Below, one piece after another: positions 16,955 through 26,961 of a stretch of 32,000 bases of DNA. Numbering within the stretch: position 1 is the first letter of the stretch; the number at the start of each line of letters is the position of its first letter. The stretch covers positions 150,001 to 182,000 of the forward strand of contig NC_003276.1 in NCBI RefSeq assembly GCF_000009705.1. The letters run 5' to 3'. The notes under the pieces were generated by a model. The model was not told the origin of the DNA. It did not search any database and was given only the letters and a program-made list of their open reading frames with translations. Source of the DNA: Nostoc sp. PCC 7120 = FACHB-418. GTDB lineage: Bacteria; Cyanobacteriota; Cyanobacteriia; Cyanobacteriales; Nostocaceae. The position numbers and the translations under genes were made by a program.

Positions 16955-17464
16955 ATGAACAAAGATCGAATTGACATCATTCTTGAGGAATGGCAACAGG
17001 AGTTGCCGCAGTTGGATACCTCAGCAGTAAGCATAACTGGGCGAGTACTACGAATTGCCCGTCTTCTGGAAAAACACCGAGAAAGTATACTGATTGAGTA
17101 TGGCTTGAACGTGTGGTCATTTGATGTGTTAGCCACACTGCGACGACAGGGACAACCTTTTCGATTGAAACCGACTGAACTCTATAGTTTGCTCATGCTG
17201 TCTTCCGGCGCAATGACAAACCGGATTGACCGTCTAGAACAAGATGGCATAGTAATACGTGTCCGTGATGCAGAGGATCGGCGCAGCGTCATGGTGCAAC
17301 TGACTCCCAAAGGAATACAGCTTGCGGATACTGTGATGCCTATTTTGTTTGAGAAAGAGAAACAGGTGTTATCTCAATTCACAGCTAATGAATTGCAATT
17401 ATCCATCCCCATGCTGCGTAAGCTACTTATGTTACTTGAACAAGATGCGAAATCAGTATCTTAA
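16955..17464 (+). CDS. MarR-family transcriptional regulator
   Basis: 169 aa with a winged-HTH pattern: ..FDVLATLRR.G.P..L.PTEL......SSGAMTNRIDRLE..G...R..D..DRR...V.LT.KG. Confidence 0.9.
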   Translation: MNKDRIDIILEEWQQELPQLDTSAVSITGRVLRIARLLEKHRESILIEYGLNVWSFDVLATLRRQGQPFRLKPTELYSLLMLSSGAMTNRIDRLEQDGIVIRVRDAEDRRSVMVQLTPKGIQLADTVMPILFEKEKQVLSQFTANELQLSIPMLRKLLMLLEQDAKSVS

Positions 17465-17675
17465 GTAAATCGGATTTTAGGGGATATTGCCTGGTCAGAC
17501 AAGGGTGGAAACTGGTTGAAAGTCAGTAAGCATGATTTTTTATGTATCGTTATGCCAAATTGACTTGATTGAGGATGTAAAGTTGTAACGCAAAGAGCGT
17601 TAAACTTAGATGCAGCACAGGGAATTTACAGGCTGTATTCATACAAGCTGTCGTTTGCCAATTAGTTTCATCTTT

Positions 17676-18890
17676 ATGTTTAACCTGAATCGTCGTCAGT
17701 TTTTATTGCGGAGTACTCTCGCCATCGCCGCAACTGTTAGTTACGATCATGTACAAGCTCAAAAACCAAAATCCCCTGGGACATTGCCCAAGGGATTACC
17801 ACGTCGAAAGGTGATCGTTGTCGGTGCGGGTATTTCTGGTTTAGTCGCAGCGTATGAATTAACAGCCGTTGGTCATGATGTCACCCTTTTAGAAGCAAGC
17901 AAACGTATAGGTGGTAGAGTGTTAACCCTGCGAGGAGCCTTTCAAGGAGAGGATTTATTAGAACTTGGAGCGGCTAGAATACCATCAAATCATCATTTAA
18001 CCTTTGGTTATATCAAACATTTTGGTTTAAAACTTTCACAATTTGCGCCGGCAGACGGGAAATACCTGACCATCAAAGACGGAAAGCGTCTGTTAATTCC
18101 AGCGAAAGTACTATTTCAAAATCAACCACAAATCCGTCCCCAAGAGATTCAAAAACTGACGGATGGATTTGATTTACTTCCTAAAGCATTTGCCCAAGCA
18201 TTGACAAAAGAAATTAAACTTGATGAGCCTGTTGCTCGGATTGTACAAACCTCTAATGGAGTTGAAGTGTCGTGCTTATCAGGGCAACGATATCTTGGTG
18301 ATTATGTGTTATGCACTGTCCCATTAACCGTTTTAAACCAGATTACTTTCTCACCTGAACTATCTGAGGAAAAAAAACAGGCGGCGGCTGGAGGATATAA
18401 CTATCGAGCAGCAACTCGTGGATTTGTAAAATTTCCTAACCGATTCTGGGAAAGAGAAAACTTAAATGGTTGGGGATTTTTCGACGATGAAGAACTGTGG
18501 CATACTACTTGGGACAGACCTGAAAAAACTGGCATTCTTCATGCTTATCTCAAAGGAGAAAAAGGTCTGGAGATCGATGGCTTTGAAGGGAAAACTCAGC
18601 AGCAAAAATTGCTCCAGCATTGGGAGAAGATTCTGCCTGGGGTAAGTAATTACTCTGTGCGCTCATATTTTCATTCCTGGACAAAAGATATTTGGTCAAA
18701 AGGAGGCTGGGCTTATCCTACAGATGAACAGGAAAAGAAACTATTTCCCGAATTAGGTAAGTCAGAAGGAAAAATTTATTTCGCTGGAGAACATACTTCC
18801 AAAACTAGAGGCTGGCTTCAGGGAGCATTAGAATCTGGACTTAAGGCGGCTCAAGAAATTCACTTTGCTGGCTCTACCGCTCCTCGATAA
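17676..18890 (+). CDS. Flavin amine oxidase / L-amino-acid-oxidase-like FAD protein with a Tat signal
   Basis: The twin-arginine leader is MFNLNRRQFLLRSTLAIAATV (ATG at 17676; the track ORF starts at 17610). The dinucleotide-binding motif is VIVVGAGISGLVAAYEL, and the C-terminal motif FAGEHTS..GW..GALESG is present. Confidence 0.8.
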   Translation: MFNLNRRQFLLRSTLAIAATVSYDHVQAQKPKSPGTLPKGLPRRKVIVVGAGISGLVAAYELTAVGHDVTLLEASKRIGGRVLTLRGAFQGEDLLELGAARIPSNHHLTFGYIKHFGLKLSQFAPADGKYLTIKDGKRLLIPAKVLFQNQPQIRPQEIQKLTDGFDLLPKAFAQALTKEIKLDEPVARIVQTSNGVEVSCLSGQRYLGDYVLCTVPLTVLNQITFSPELSEEKKQAAAGGYNYRAATRGFVKFPNRFWERENLNGWGFFDDEELWHTTWDRPEKTGILHAYLKGEKGLEIDGFEGKTQQQKLLQHWEKILPGVSNYSVRSYFHSWTKDIWSKGGWAYPTDEQEKKLFPELGKSEGKIYFAGEHTSKTRGWLQGALESGLKAAQEIHFAGSTAPR

Positions 18891-19234
18891 AAAGTAAAAA
18901 TTCAGAACCCAGGCGGTCGCCGAGCGCAGTCGAGGTGATTCAGAAGCAATGCTCTAAGCTTGTCGAAGGGTCAGAATTTAGAAGTATTTAGCAAATAGAC
19001 TCATCCGCAAATGGTAAATGCTTCAGTAACTGGGTTGGACGAATTTGGATGTGATAGGCGATCGCCAACCAAGGAACTATCGAGGCCTCTGCTGCTAATA
19101 TTGAATGCGAATTTGAATACAGAATCTTTAACTGAATCAAACTATTTTGACCGAAAAAGCCAATAAATTGATTGTGATCTGAGCTTCGGAAATTCCGACT
19201 CTGCTCCAGAATTAGCAAATAGCTGAATCCTTAT

Positions 19235-19693
19235 TCAAACTTCTCCATTCAGGAGCTTCGTCATTAGAAAACGCTCGTGTTTTTGATAGCCAACTCGATG
19301 ATAAAGGCGTTGGGCGTTTGGGTTTTCAAAATCTACCTCCAGATGAAGGGCTTGAACTCCTAGACTATGGCAAATTTTCTCTGCAAACATCAAAGTCTGC
19401 GTACCAATACCTTGTCCTCGATGCTTTGGACGAATATAAAATTCATCTATAAAAGCATCTCTACCTCGGTATTCTAGGCTGTACCCTAACGTCAAAACAA
19501 TATAGCCAATGACCTCATCCTCTTTCCTAATCAACCATATTTGTCCAAAAGAGTCATTACTCAAAAACTGTATGAGTACATGGCGATCGCTAGTTTTGTC
19601 AAATGGTAACTTTTCGGTTTCATGAAACTCTTCAACTAGTTCCAAAACAAGATTTAGATCGCAAAATGCGGCTTTTTGATAGTTAATATTCAT
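19235..19693 (-). CDS. GNAT-family N-acetyltransferase
   Basis: 152 aa. The acetyl-CoA-binding motif is RPKHRGQGIGTQTL. Confidence 0.85.
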   Translation of the reverse strand: MNINYQKAAFCDLNLVLELVEEFHETEKLPFDKTSDRHVLIQFLSNDSFGQIWLIRKEDEVIGYIVLTLGYSLEYRGRDAFIDEFYIRPKHRGQGIGTQTLMFAEKICHSLGVQALHLEVDFENPNAQRLYHRVGYQKHERFLMTKLLNGEV

Positions 19694-19707
19694 AATATAC
19701 CTTGCGC

Positions 19708-19776
19708 TTAGTTATCCAACAGTCCAAAGCTTAGGATTAATAATTCGCGTTGCATCGGTTTGAGAGGTAGGAGTGT
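19708..19776 (-). pseudogene. Orphan fragment of a group-2 sigma-factor gene (start of region 4)
   Basis: The minus strand reads *TLLPLKPMQRELLILSFGLLDN*. The core 19711-19764 is 51/54 identical to 28956-29009 inside the intact sigma gene. Confidence 0.7.
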
Positions 19777-19858
19777 CTAGCAATAGTGCAGAGGGCTTAA
19801 GCGCGTTACTGATTGTTCAGTTGGCTTGGTTCTCCAAAGCGATTAACCATCAAAACAT

Positions 19859-20698
19859 TCATATTAGGCTTTGATTTTTAGTTTTGACTCTTTGATAAAG
19901 TTCTTCCATTGTTTCTATAAAGGAATTATCTTTGTGCCAGAAAGCTGGGAAGTCTCCTTCCTTTTTAACTAAAATTGCTGAAACTCCGCTATCATTGGCG
20001 ACTTCAATAGTAGATGGTAAACGTTTTGCACCTAACCAAAACTCTCTTAAGTGTGGCTTGTCCGTAACAGTTTGTTTTTCAGGCGTTGTGTAAAAAGATT
20101 GACTCGGTTCAATAGCCCATTCTTGTTCATCTAAAACTGTAGATAGTGCTTTACCTAAAGGTGAATCAGCTAGTTTAGCTTGTAATTCTACTTTGGTAAG
20201 CCCCCTTAATTCAAATAGTAAAAAGGGGTTGCTATCAAGTTGAGAAGCTACTAAATAATAAACTCCAGCTATGTGCTTACAAGGGTTAGCATAATCTGGA
20301 CAAGAACATTTAGTTTTAAAGTCATTGCTACTATGCGGTAATAAGTGTAACCCCATTTGAGAGAATATTTCTTCAATATTTTCAGGAACTTCGTTTAATA
20401 ATAACCGCGAAACAATACTCGCTTTGGAAGAAATATTTTTGATGGCTTCATTCCAACGGGTTTTGGCAATGGGGGTAATTTCAATGACTATATTATATGT
20501 GGGTTCTTTGTAAACTCCAAAATAAGGATTCACTGAACCTCTAACTTTAGCTGTGATGATATTTTTACCAATATCAAAGCTTTTAACTTTACCACCACGA
20601 GCATAGGAGCGTCCTCTTTGTAGGCGACCATCATCGGTAAAATCTTCTAGTGCTTTGATAAAGCGATCGCCCCACCAAGTTCTGCTAAACTTATTCAT
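19859..20698 (-). CDS. SWIM zinc-finger protein
   Basis: 279 aa with the CxCxnCxH motif CSCPDYANPCKH. The start codon lies 5 nt after the SNF2 stop codon. Confidence 0.85.
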   Translation of the reverse strand: MNKFSRTWWGDRFIKALEDFTDDGRLQRGRSYARGGKVKSFDIGKNIITAKVRGSVNPYFGVYKEPTYNIVIEITPIAKTRWNEAIKNISSKASIVSRLLLNEVPENIEEIFSQMGLHLLPHSSNDFKTKCSCPDYANPCKHIAGVYYLVASQLDSNPFLLFELRGLTKVELQAKLADSPLGKALSTVLDEQEWAIEPSQSFYTTPEKQTVTDKPHLREFWLGAKRLPSTIEVANDSGVSAILVKKEGDFPAFWHKDNSFIETMEELYQRVKTKNQSLI

Positions 20699-20703
20699 AA
20701 TAT

Positions 20704-23700
20704 CTACTCCATAATTGTGCTTTTATTCAAGGCAATTAGTTTCTTAAAGGCTTCGTTATCTAATTCGGTTAGCCACGATTCATCACTACCAACTACGGCG
20801 GAAGAAAGTTTTTTCTTATCTTCAATCATTTGGTCGATTCTTTCTTCTAAAGTCCCAAGGGCGACAAATTTATGTACAAACACATTTTTTTTCTGACCTA
20901 TGCGAAAAGCGCGGTCTGTGGCTTGGTCTTCAACGGCTGGATTCCACCAACGGTCAAAATGAAAGACGTGGTTGGCTTTAGTTAAAGTAATCCCCACGCC
21001 GCCAGCTTTTAGGGAAAGGACAAATACAGATGCTTCCGTATCAGGATTTTGAAAGTCACTAATCATTTGTTCCCGACGTTGGCGACTTGTACCCCCATGT
21101 AGGTAGTAGGTATTGCAATGTAAGTTGTGTTTGAGATATTTTTCTATTTGTTCGCAGACTTCTGTAAATTGACTAAATATTAAAAGACTTTCTCCTTCAG
21201 AAATGGCTTCATCTACCATTTCGACTAAGCGGGAAAGTTTGTGCGAGCGCTCCGGTAAAAATTCGCTATTATCTTGGAGGAACTGTCTGGGATGATTGCA
21301 AATCTGTTTTAATTTCATCAGCGTTGAGAGAATTAAACCTTTGCGTTGTATTCCCTCAGCTTCTTGCAATTTTTCTTCCACATCTCTGACTACCACTTCA
21401 TATAGCGAAGCCTGTTCTTTGGTGAGGTTGGTATAGAGTTTTTGTTCAACTTTATCTGGTAAGTCTTTAATAATTGATTGGTCTGTTTTGACCCGTCGTA
21501 AAATTAACGGTTCAACCAGTTTCTTTAAGGTAGTCGATTTTACTTTATCGTTGTCCTTCTGGATGGGAATTTCAAAGGATTTGCGAAACTGTGCTTCTTT
21601 CCCTAAATAACCGGGATTGAGAAAATTAAAAATTGACCACAAATCAAGTAAGCGGTTCTCAACTGGTGTACCAGTTAAAGCTAGACGGTGTTTAGCACTG
21701 AGTTTGAGTATAGCTTTAGTCTGCGCTGCTTTGGGATTTTTAATGTTTTGTGCTTCATCTAAAACTAACCGTTGCCATGTCACACTATTTAGGAGTTTTT
21801 CATCTAAGCGAGCCAAAGTAAAGGAACTTATCACCACATCATGCTGTTGACAGGCGGACTTAAACTCCGCAGCATCTTGCAGGCGATCGCTACCATGATG
21901 CACCATAGTTTTTAAATGGGGTGCAAACTTAGCAATTTCTCTTTGCCAGTTACCAACAACCGAAGTCGGCGCAATTAATAATGTCGGTAATGGGGAACTT
22001 TGGCTATCTTTCTCCTGTACTAATCTCGCAATTACCTGCACGGACTTACCCAGTCCCATATCATCGGCTAAACAGCCATTTAATCCCAATTTTTCTAAAT
22101 ATTGTAACCAGGCTACACCCCGCTTTTGATATTCTCGCAGGTTGCCTTGCAAATTTAAGTCTTCAGAAATTGGCTCTAGCTGACTCTTATCTTGTAACTT
22201 TGCCATTATTTCTGATAAAGCTGCATCATATTCAATTTCCCAGTCATCTTCCCCTTGGGCGCTGCGTTGCATGAACTCTAACAAGCTCATTTGGGGCTGT
22301 TCATCGCCGTGGGACTGCCAAAATTCTAATAACTGCTGCATTTTATCCCGGTCTAATTCCATCCATTGACCGCGAAAATGCACTAGTGGTGCTTTAGTAT
22401 TAATCAATTGTTCCCATTCTTGAGGTGTGAGAGTTTGCTCTCCAATTGCTAATTCATACTGATACTGCACTAGTGAATCTAAACCGAAATAACTTTTGCT
22501 TTCCCCTACCGTAGCAGCTACCTTGCGACCACTAGAAGCTTTGAGGCGGATTTTCGCACGACGACGACCAGCCGGAGTATACCAAGCCGGGACAATGACC
22601 TTAAATCCTGAGTCTTCCAACACCCAAGCACTATCTTTGAGAAAATCAAACGCCTCATCTAAACTTAGCTGCATTCCTGTGGGAGAGTCCGTTTCTAAAC
22701 CTTGCCAAAGTTTGGGATACATTCTTGCTGCATAGCCTAAATTCAGCAGTAAATTAGTATCGAAATCTTTGCCAAACTCTTTATGTACACCAGCTTTGGT
22801 TTTGGAATTCATTATCCAGTAATCTGCCAAAGCTAATTTTAGAGACGGATCTTTTTTACTTGATACTAAAAATTGCATCTGCCAATTGTCAATTTGTTCA
22901 GCATCAGGTGAATGTAATTGGAAGCAAAGATGAAATGGTGATTCAGCTTGAGTACGGATAATCCTGTTTTTCCATCCCAACCACTGCTGATACTCTTGGA
23001 GAGCAGTATGGGTTTTGAGTGGGTTGTGTTTTTGGGGATAAAGACAATAGTGAATTAAAGAATCATCAATTTGTTTTTCAAATGCTGCGGTCAATGGTGT
23101 CTTACTCACTAAATTATTAAGCAGATACTCGCTGAAGTGGCGTAATAGAGTTTCTGGAGCAAAAAATTCTAATTTATCAGTTTGTGTGCTGTTACCTGCT
23201 ACACAAATCAATGGCATATATTCAATATATTTTTGAATATTGGCTTCGTATTGCTCGGAAATTATTTCCCAACCAGCATATATTTCAAATCCTGGGGGTG
23301 GTTGTTTAGGTTTTTTCTTTGTAGTCGCTGCGTTCGCTCTATATTTTAAAGATGGAATATATTGATCCTTAGTAATTATTTGTCTAAATGATTGCGTATA
23401 ATGATACCAAAATAATAAATCTGACCCTAATTGAAATTCACTAGCATTGTACAGGGCTAAAAAATGAATATCTTTGAGTAATTTAATAATATTAATTGCT
23501 ATCACTGCTTTCACAGAAGTAACAGTTTCATAACAAGTTACCTGCCAATATTGAAAATTTTCATACTCTTCAGGAACTTCTACTTCTAAATATTTGACTA
23601 ACTCTGGTGAAGGTAATGGCTCATTATTAGCAGTTGGTAGGGCAAAATATTTAGAACATATCCGTTGTTTTAATTGCGCTTCAGTTTCTTTAATCCCCAA

Positions 23701-23871
23701 AGTTTGAGTCAGAAAATTGAGTAATTCAAGAGAAGATAGATGTCCGGGATGAACTTGTGTATGAGTACGCTTTTTGTTATTAATCGGAGTTTCTACCCAT
23801 AGATAAAATGCTCCAGACTGCACAAAATCGCTATATTGGTTTGGTATCCACGAGCCATGAAGGACTTTCAT
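20704..23871 (-). CDS. SNF2-family helicase/ATPase with a long N-terminal SNF2-associated region
   Basis: 1055 aa. Motif I is LADDMGLGKS, motif II is DEAQNIKN and motif III is LTGTPVENRL. The helicase-C motifs are SLKAGGVGITLT and DRWWNPAVEDQATDRAFRIGQ. Confidence 0.9.
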   Translation of the reverse strand: MKVLHGSWIPNQYSDFVQSGAFYLWVETPINNKKRTHTQVHPGHLSSLELLNFLTQTLGIKETEAQLKQRICSKYFALPTANNEPLPSPELVKYLEVEVPEEYENFQYWQVTCYETVTSVKAVIAINIIKLLKDIHFLALYNASEFQLGSDLLFWYHYTQSFRQIITKDQYIPSLKYRANAATTKKKPKQPPPGFEIYAGWEIISEQYEANIQKYIEYMPLICVAGNSTQTDKLEFFAPETLLRHFSEYLLNNLVSKTPLTAAFEKQIDDSLIHYCLYPQKHNPLKTHTALQEYQQWLGWKNRIIRTQAESPFHLCFQLHSPDAEQIDNWQMQFLVSSKKDPSLKLALADYWIMNSKTKAGVHKEFGKDFDTNLLLNLGYAARMYPKLWQGLETDSPTGMQLSLDEAFDFLKDSAWVLEDSGFKVIVPAWYTPAGRRRAKIRLKASSGRKVAATVGESKSYFGLDSLVQYQYELAIGEQTLTPQEWEQLINTKAPLVHFRGQWMELDRDKMQQLLEFWQSHGDEQPQMSLLEFMQRSAQGEDDWEIEYDAALSEIMAKLQDKSQLEPISEDLNLQGNLREYQKRGVAWLQYLEKLGLNGCLADDMGLGKSVQVIARLVQEKDSQSSPLPTLLIAPTSVVGNWQREIAKFAPHLKTMVHHGSDRLQDAAEFKSACQQHDVVISSFTLARLDEKLLNSVTWQRLVLDEAQNIKNPKAAQTKAILKLSAKHRLALTGTPVENRLLDLWSIFNFLNPGYLGKEAQFRKSFEIPIQKDNDKVKSTTLKKLVEPLILRRVKTDQSIIKDLPDKVEQKLYTNLTKEQASLYEVVVRDVEEKLQEAEGIQRKGLILSTLMKLKQICNHPRQFLQDNSEFLPERSHKLSRLVEMVDEAISEGESLLIFSQFTEVCEQIEKYLKHNLHCNTYYLHGGTSRQRREQMISDFQNPDTEASVFVLSLKAGGVGITLTKANHVFHFDRWWNPAVEDQATDRAFRIGQKKNVFVHKFVALGTLEERIDQMIEDKKKLSSAVVGSDESWLTELDNEAFKKLIALNKSTIME

Positions 23872-24022
23872 CAGAACCTCCGTTGAGTCCTACCTTTGAA
23901 ACAAGAGTGCCAGAATGGCGTTTCCAAAAAAGGTGACGTTTGTTGATTACTTTACCAAAAACCGTGTTCTGTGCTGCTAAAGTTAGGAAGTTTTTTACAT
24001 ATAGACTAGTTTTTGACTGCTA

Positions 24023-24667
24023 TCAAGGCTCAACAGTATTCCTTAATCGCTTTTTAAGATCGCGGACGGCAGCACTTGAGTTACGTTCGTAAGCAATCTG
24101 CACACAACGAACTATGGTTTGTGCTAAATCAAAGTTAGGAAAATAACAACTATGAGTTTGCAGTTGGTAATTTTCACCTTGTAGTTGATGAATTAGTAAC
24201 TGCTGATTTCTGAATAACCAAACTTCTCTTACACGATAGGGCAGATAGTCTTGCACATCAGAATAACTGGTGACATCAATTTCGATAACTAAATCAGGTG
24301 GTGGGTCTTGTCCCCAGTCGATGCGTTTTTTCCCTGAGACTGCCTGCCAATTATCAATATAAAAGCAGTAATCTGGCTCAATGCCGCTTTCTTGGGGTAA
24401 GCTCATGGTTACAGGTGTAAACGCATCATATTCTCGCTCATCGTGATCTAATAAAGCCATCACAATGTTAGCCAGTAAATGAGCATCTCGACCGTGTACT
24501 GGTAATGGCGACATCAGCAATACTTCTCCATCACGGTATTTTATACGCGGTATTGACCCATCTCCTCGTTGACTGCATAAATGCTGATATTCTTGCCAAC
24601 TGGCAGGCAAACGTACTACAGCACCAGGAGGTAATTCAGTTTTGTCTGGAGAAACAAGAGCAAACAT
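24023..24667 (-). CDS. Uma2/DUF820-family PD-(D/E)xK endonuclease
   Basis: 214 aa. The motifs W..Y..L......RI.Y..GE..LMSP...H, then EPDYCFY, then PPDLVIEIDVTS are typical of the Uma2 proteins that are abundant in cyanobacteria. Confidence 0.8.
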   Translation of the reverse strand: MFALVSPDKTELPPGAVVRLPASWQEYQHLCSQRGDGSIPRIKYRDGEVLLMSPLPVHGRDAHLLANIVMALLDHDEREYDAFTPVTMSLPQESGIEPDYCFYIDNWQAVSGKKRIDWGQDPPPDLVIEIDVTSYSDVQDYLPYRVREVWLFRNQQLLIHQLQGENYQLQTHSCYFPNFDLAQTIVRCVQIAYERNSSAAVRDLKKRLRNTVEP

Positions 24668-24961
24668 GACTTATTTCCTATTACTGCTTCATACTGCAAT
24701 CTTAACAAGGATTTTCCCAACCACCTTTGTGATCGCAGATGGCAGACTTTTGTGGGCAACTGTTTTGGCTGCTTTGCGAGGTTACAGTTGGTGAAAAGAC
24801 AAACGAGCGATCGCCCTTGGCTTCACTCCGCCTAACTGTGCGGCTTGCTGGTGTCGCACACTTTACTCTCTAGTCCTGAAACATTGTAGTTTGCAATACC
24901 CCTTCAATCGGGTACTGGCATTGATACATGAGCAGAGTATTTCTCTGGTATTCTCTGGTAT

Positions 24962-25477
24962 TCACCTACTCCCGCAAGGAGTAGGTGAAGTTGACTCTGC
25001 TCTAGTTGCCCTGGAGGGTACAGAGATAGAAGTAAAAGAAATACCTCGACTACCAAGGACTAAAGTAGCTATCGCCTTCGCTCTGGGCATATGAAATTTG
25101 GAAGTGATTAAGAATATGTGCTTTATATGCTGTTGTTGGAAATCCTCTACCAAGCTTGTAAAATTAGTCACTGTGTCTGTAGCACGGTAATCAAGATGAA
25201 ACTGACTATCTGTGATACCTGCGGCATGAAAAATTGCTCGTGCTTGTTGCGGCTCAATCCCAGATGAAACCCAAATTTTTATATCTGGATAAAATTGGGC
25301 AAATAGAGCCGTAAATTCTTCTTTGTCTGCACCACCACCGAGAGTAAGAATAGCTTGAGGTTGAGGAGCTTGATGATTAGCAATTGCCAAGCGTACAGGA
25401 ATAGTTAGCCCTAAAACGAGGAGCAAACCCACTAGCCACAACATCAATATAGTTTTAATTCGATATGAAGACTTCAT
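24962..25477 (-). CDS. DUF218 (YdcF/ElyC/SanA-like) domain protein
   Basis: An N-terminal membrane anchor is followed by ILTLGGG... and ..DYRATDTVTNF......HI.LITS.FHMPRA. The likely start is the ATG at 25477 (the track ORF starts at 25504). Confidence 0.65.
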   Translation of the reverse strand: MKSSYRIKTILMLWLVGLLLVLGLTIPVRLAIANHQAPQPQAILTLGGGADKEEFTALFAQFYPDIKIWVSSGIEPQQARAIFHAAGITDSQFHLDYRATDTVTNFTSLVEDFQQQHIKHIFLITSKFHMPRAKAIATLVLGSRGISFTSISVPSRATRAESTSPTPCGSR

Positions 25478-25700
25478 AACTCTTTCACGGTAGGCACTTT
25501 CCACTTTACAGAGAACTGAGATTACCAGCAGCCCAGTGACTCAGTTGCTCTGTTGTTCTGGGGCAGAATAACCAGCGATTGCCTTAACTTGGGAGATAGG
25601 TGCAAAGGAGATTTGACTTAATTGCTAAAAAGACTAGCATAATTAGACGACTCATCATTTTGGTGATGCACTACAATTCATAGTTGCTTTTGAGGAGCAA

Positions 25701-25760
25701 GAGCCGCAGATGTTTGGGTAGCCGGTGGCTGTGACACTCTATTGGGTGCAGTAGATTTGG
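25701..25760 (+). repeat. Degenerate third copy of the 61-bp repeat that flanks the TA cassette
   Basis: GAGCCGCAGATGTTTGGGTAGCCGGTGGCTGTGACACTCTATTGGGTGCAG... aligns without gaps to 6360-6419 at 42/60 by my manual count. Confidence 0.6.
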
Positions 25761-25811
25761 TAAATTGTTTGAATTTGGTAGTTAAAACTTTAATCAAAAG
25801 GTTTTTTAATG

Positions 25812-26285
25812 TTAACTTCGCTCTACTATATAGCGCCTAAACAGTACTCCCTGACGATTTACAATTTCAGTATCGTAGATGTGGAAACCAAACTTTTGAA
25901 ATAAACCTAAGCTAAATTCACTCGCTTCGGCATATAAACGCCTAATCTTATGCAGATGAGCATATTCTAAAATTTTCTCCATGAGGATAGAACCAATCCC
26001 TTGACGGATAAGATCGCTCCTAACATAAGTAGCAGTTACATGACCATCTTCTGTAATTCCTGCAAACCCTAAAATTCCCCTTTCATCTGTAGCTATAAAT
26101 GTAGTGGCGTTCAAAATGAACTTTTGAAAATTATCTGTATCTGATGCAAAAGATGCCCACATTTGCGTTTGCTCTGGAGAGTAGTGCTGCGGTGCAACTG
26201 CCAACACTGTTGTTTGATAAAGTTCTGCCAATGCTGGAACATCCAATTCTTCAGCAATGCGAATATTCACATTCATCACTTTCAT
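25812..26285 (-). CDS. GNAT-family N-acetyltransferase
   Basis: 157 aa. The acetyl-CoA-binding motif is IRQGIGSILMEKIL. Confidence 0.85.
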   Translation of the reverse strand: MKVMNVNIRIAEELDVPALAELYQTTVLAVAPQHYSPEQTQMWASFASDTDNFQKFILNATTFIATDERGILGFAGITEDGHVTATYVRSDLIRQGIGSILMEKILEYAHLHKIRRLYAEASEFSLGLFQKFGFHIYDTEIVNRQGVLFRRYIVERS

Positions 26286-26399
26286 GGCGACTCCATTTTT
26301 TCAATACTTTAGAAGACGCTTTCTTTACGCATCACAACTCGTAATGCTATTTTTTAGAACCAACATTTTTCAGTATTGCTGATTTCTCTAGCTTCATCT

Positions 26400-26669
26400 T
26401 TATTTGGGAAATGACATGATGCTATCTTCATAATTTTCAAAATTACTAATCCAAAACTTAAATTCTTTATCTATCTCATCTACGACTTTGTATTGGGCAG
26501 CATTTTTCATAGTAAAATCAGTAATCAAGGCATAGTATTTCCCTTCTTGTTTAAATTTTACTTTTATACTATTTCTATTATTAGTCAGTCTAGACGCTGC
26601 TGATTTTAAGCTATTTAAATTATCTTCATTTGGTGGACTTGACACTACAATTTTAAATTGTACTTTCAT
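26400..26669 (-). CDS. Hypothetical 89-aa protein, translationally coupled to the upstream IS-disrupted gene
   Basis: Its ATG overlaps the stop codon of the upstream gene (TAATG at 26667-26671). The gene is AT-rich and I recognise no motif. Confidence 0.5.
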   Translation of the reverse strand: MKVQFKIVVSSPPNEDNLNSLKSAASRLTNNRNSIKVKFKQEGKYYALITDFTMKNAAQYKVVDEIDKEFKFWISNFENYEDSIMSFPK

Positions 26670-26943
26670 TATTCTAAATATATGGCTGAACTTTGAAATG
26701 CCTCTTCTGGTGTTCCATAAAAAGTACCATTATTAAATACACTAGGCTCGTATTTTTCATTGCTGTATGTGTAAAAAGCTTTTGTCCACTTTTCCTCATT
26801 GCCTTTGTAACGCAATCGACAAAGGTGAATTGGAGTATTCCTGGCTCTTTCTAAATATTCTTCAAGCGTTACTTTAAATAATGACGGGTCATAATTATCT
26901 GGAATGAATGGCTCTTTGTACGCATCTATGTAACAGAAATATC
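26669..26943 (-). pseudogene. C-terminal part of a small IS-disrupted gene (DUF3024-like by recollection)
   Basis: It reads (GYF)CYIDAYKEPFIPDNYDPSLFKVTLEEYLERARNTPIHLCRLRYKGNEEKWTKAFYTYSNEKYEPSVFNNGTFYGTPEEAFQSSAIYLE*. After the IS and one target-duplication copy are removed, it continues in frame from 28621..28770. Confidence 0.7.
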
Positions 26944-26961
26944 CTAGCGTGGCAAAACTTA

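Noticed and set aside
18891-19234. The 76-aa minus-strand ORF (18988-19218) and a 59-aa plus-strand ORF in the gap between the amine oxidase and GNAT genes
   Set aside because: They overlap each other on opposite strands. Neither has a motif or a convincing RBS, and the region contains a HIP1 site and GC-rich repeat-like sequence typical of intergenic DNA.
24937-24966. About three tandem copies of a 10-mer (GTATTTCTCT GGTATTCTCT GGTATTCACC)
   Set aside because: It is short and imperfect and overlaps the 3' end of the DUF218 ORF. It has no spacer structure and no other copies in the window, so it is probably a slippage duplication.
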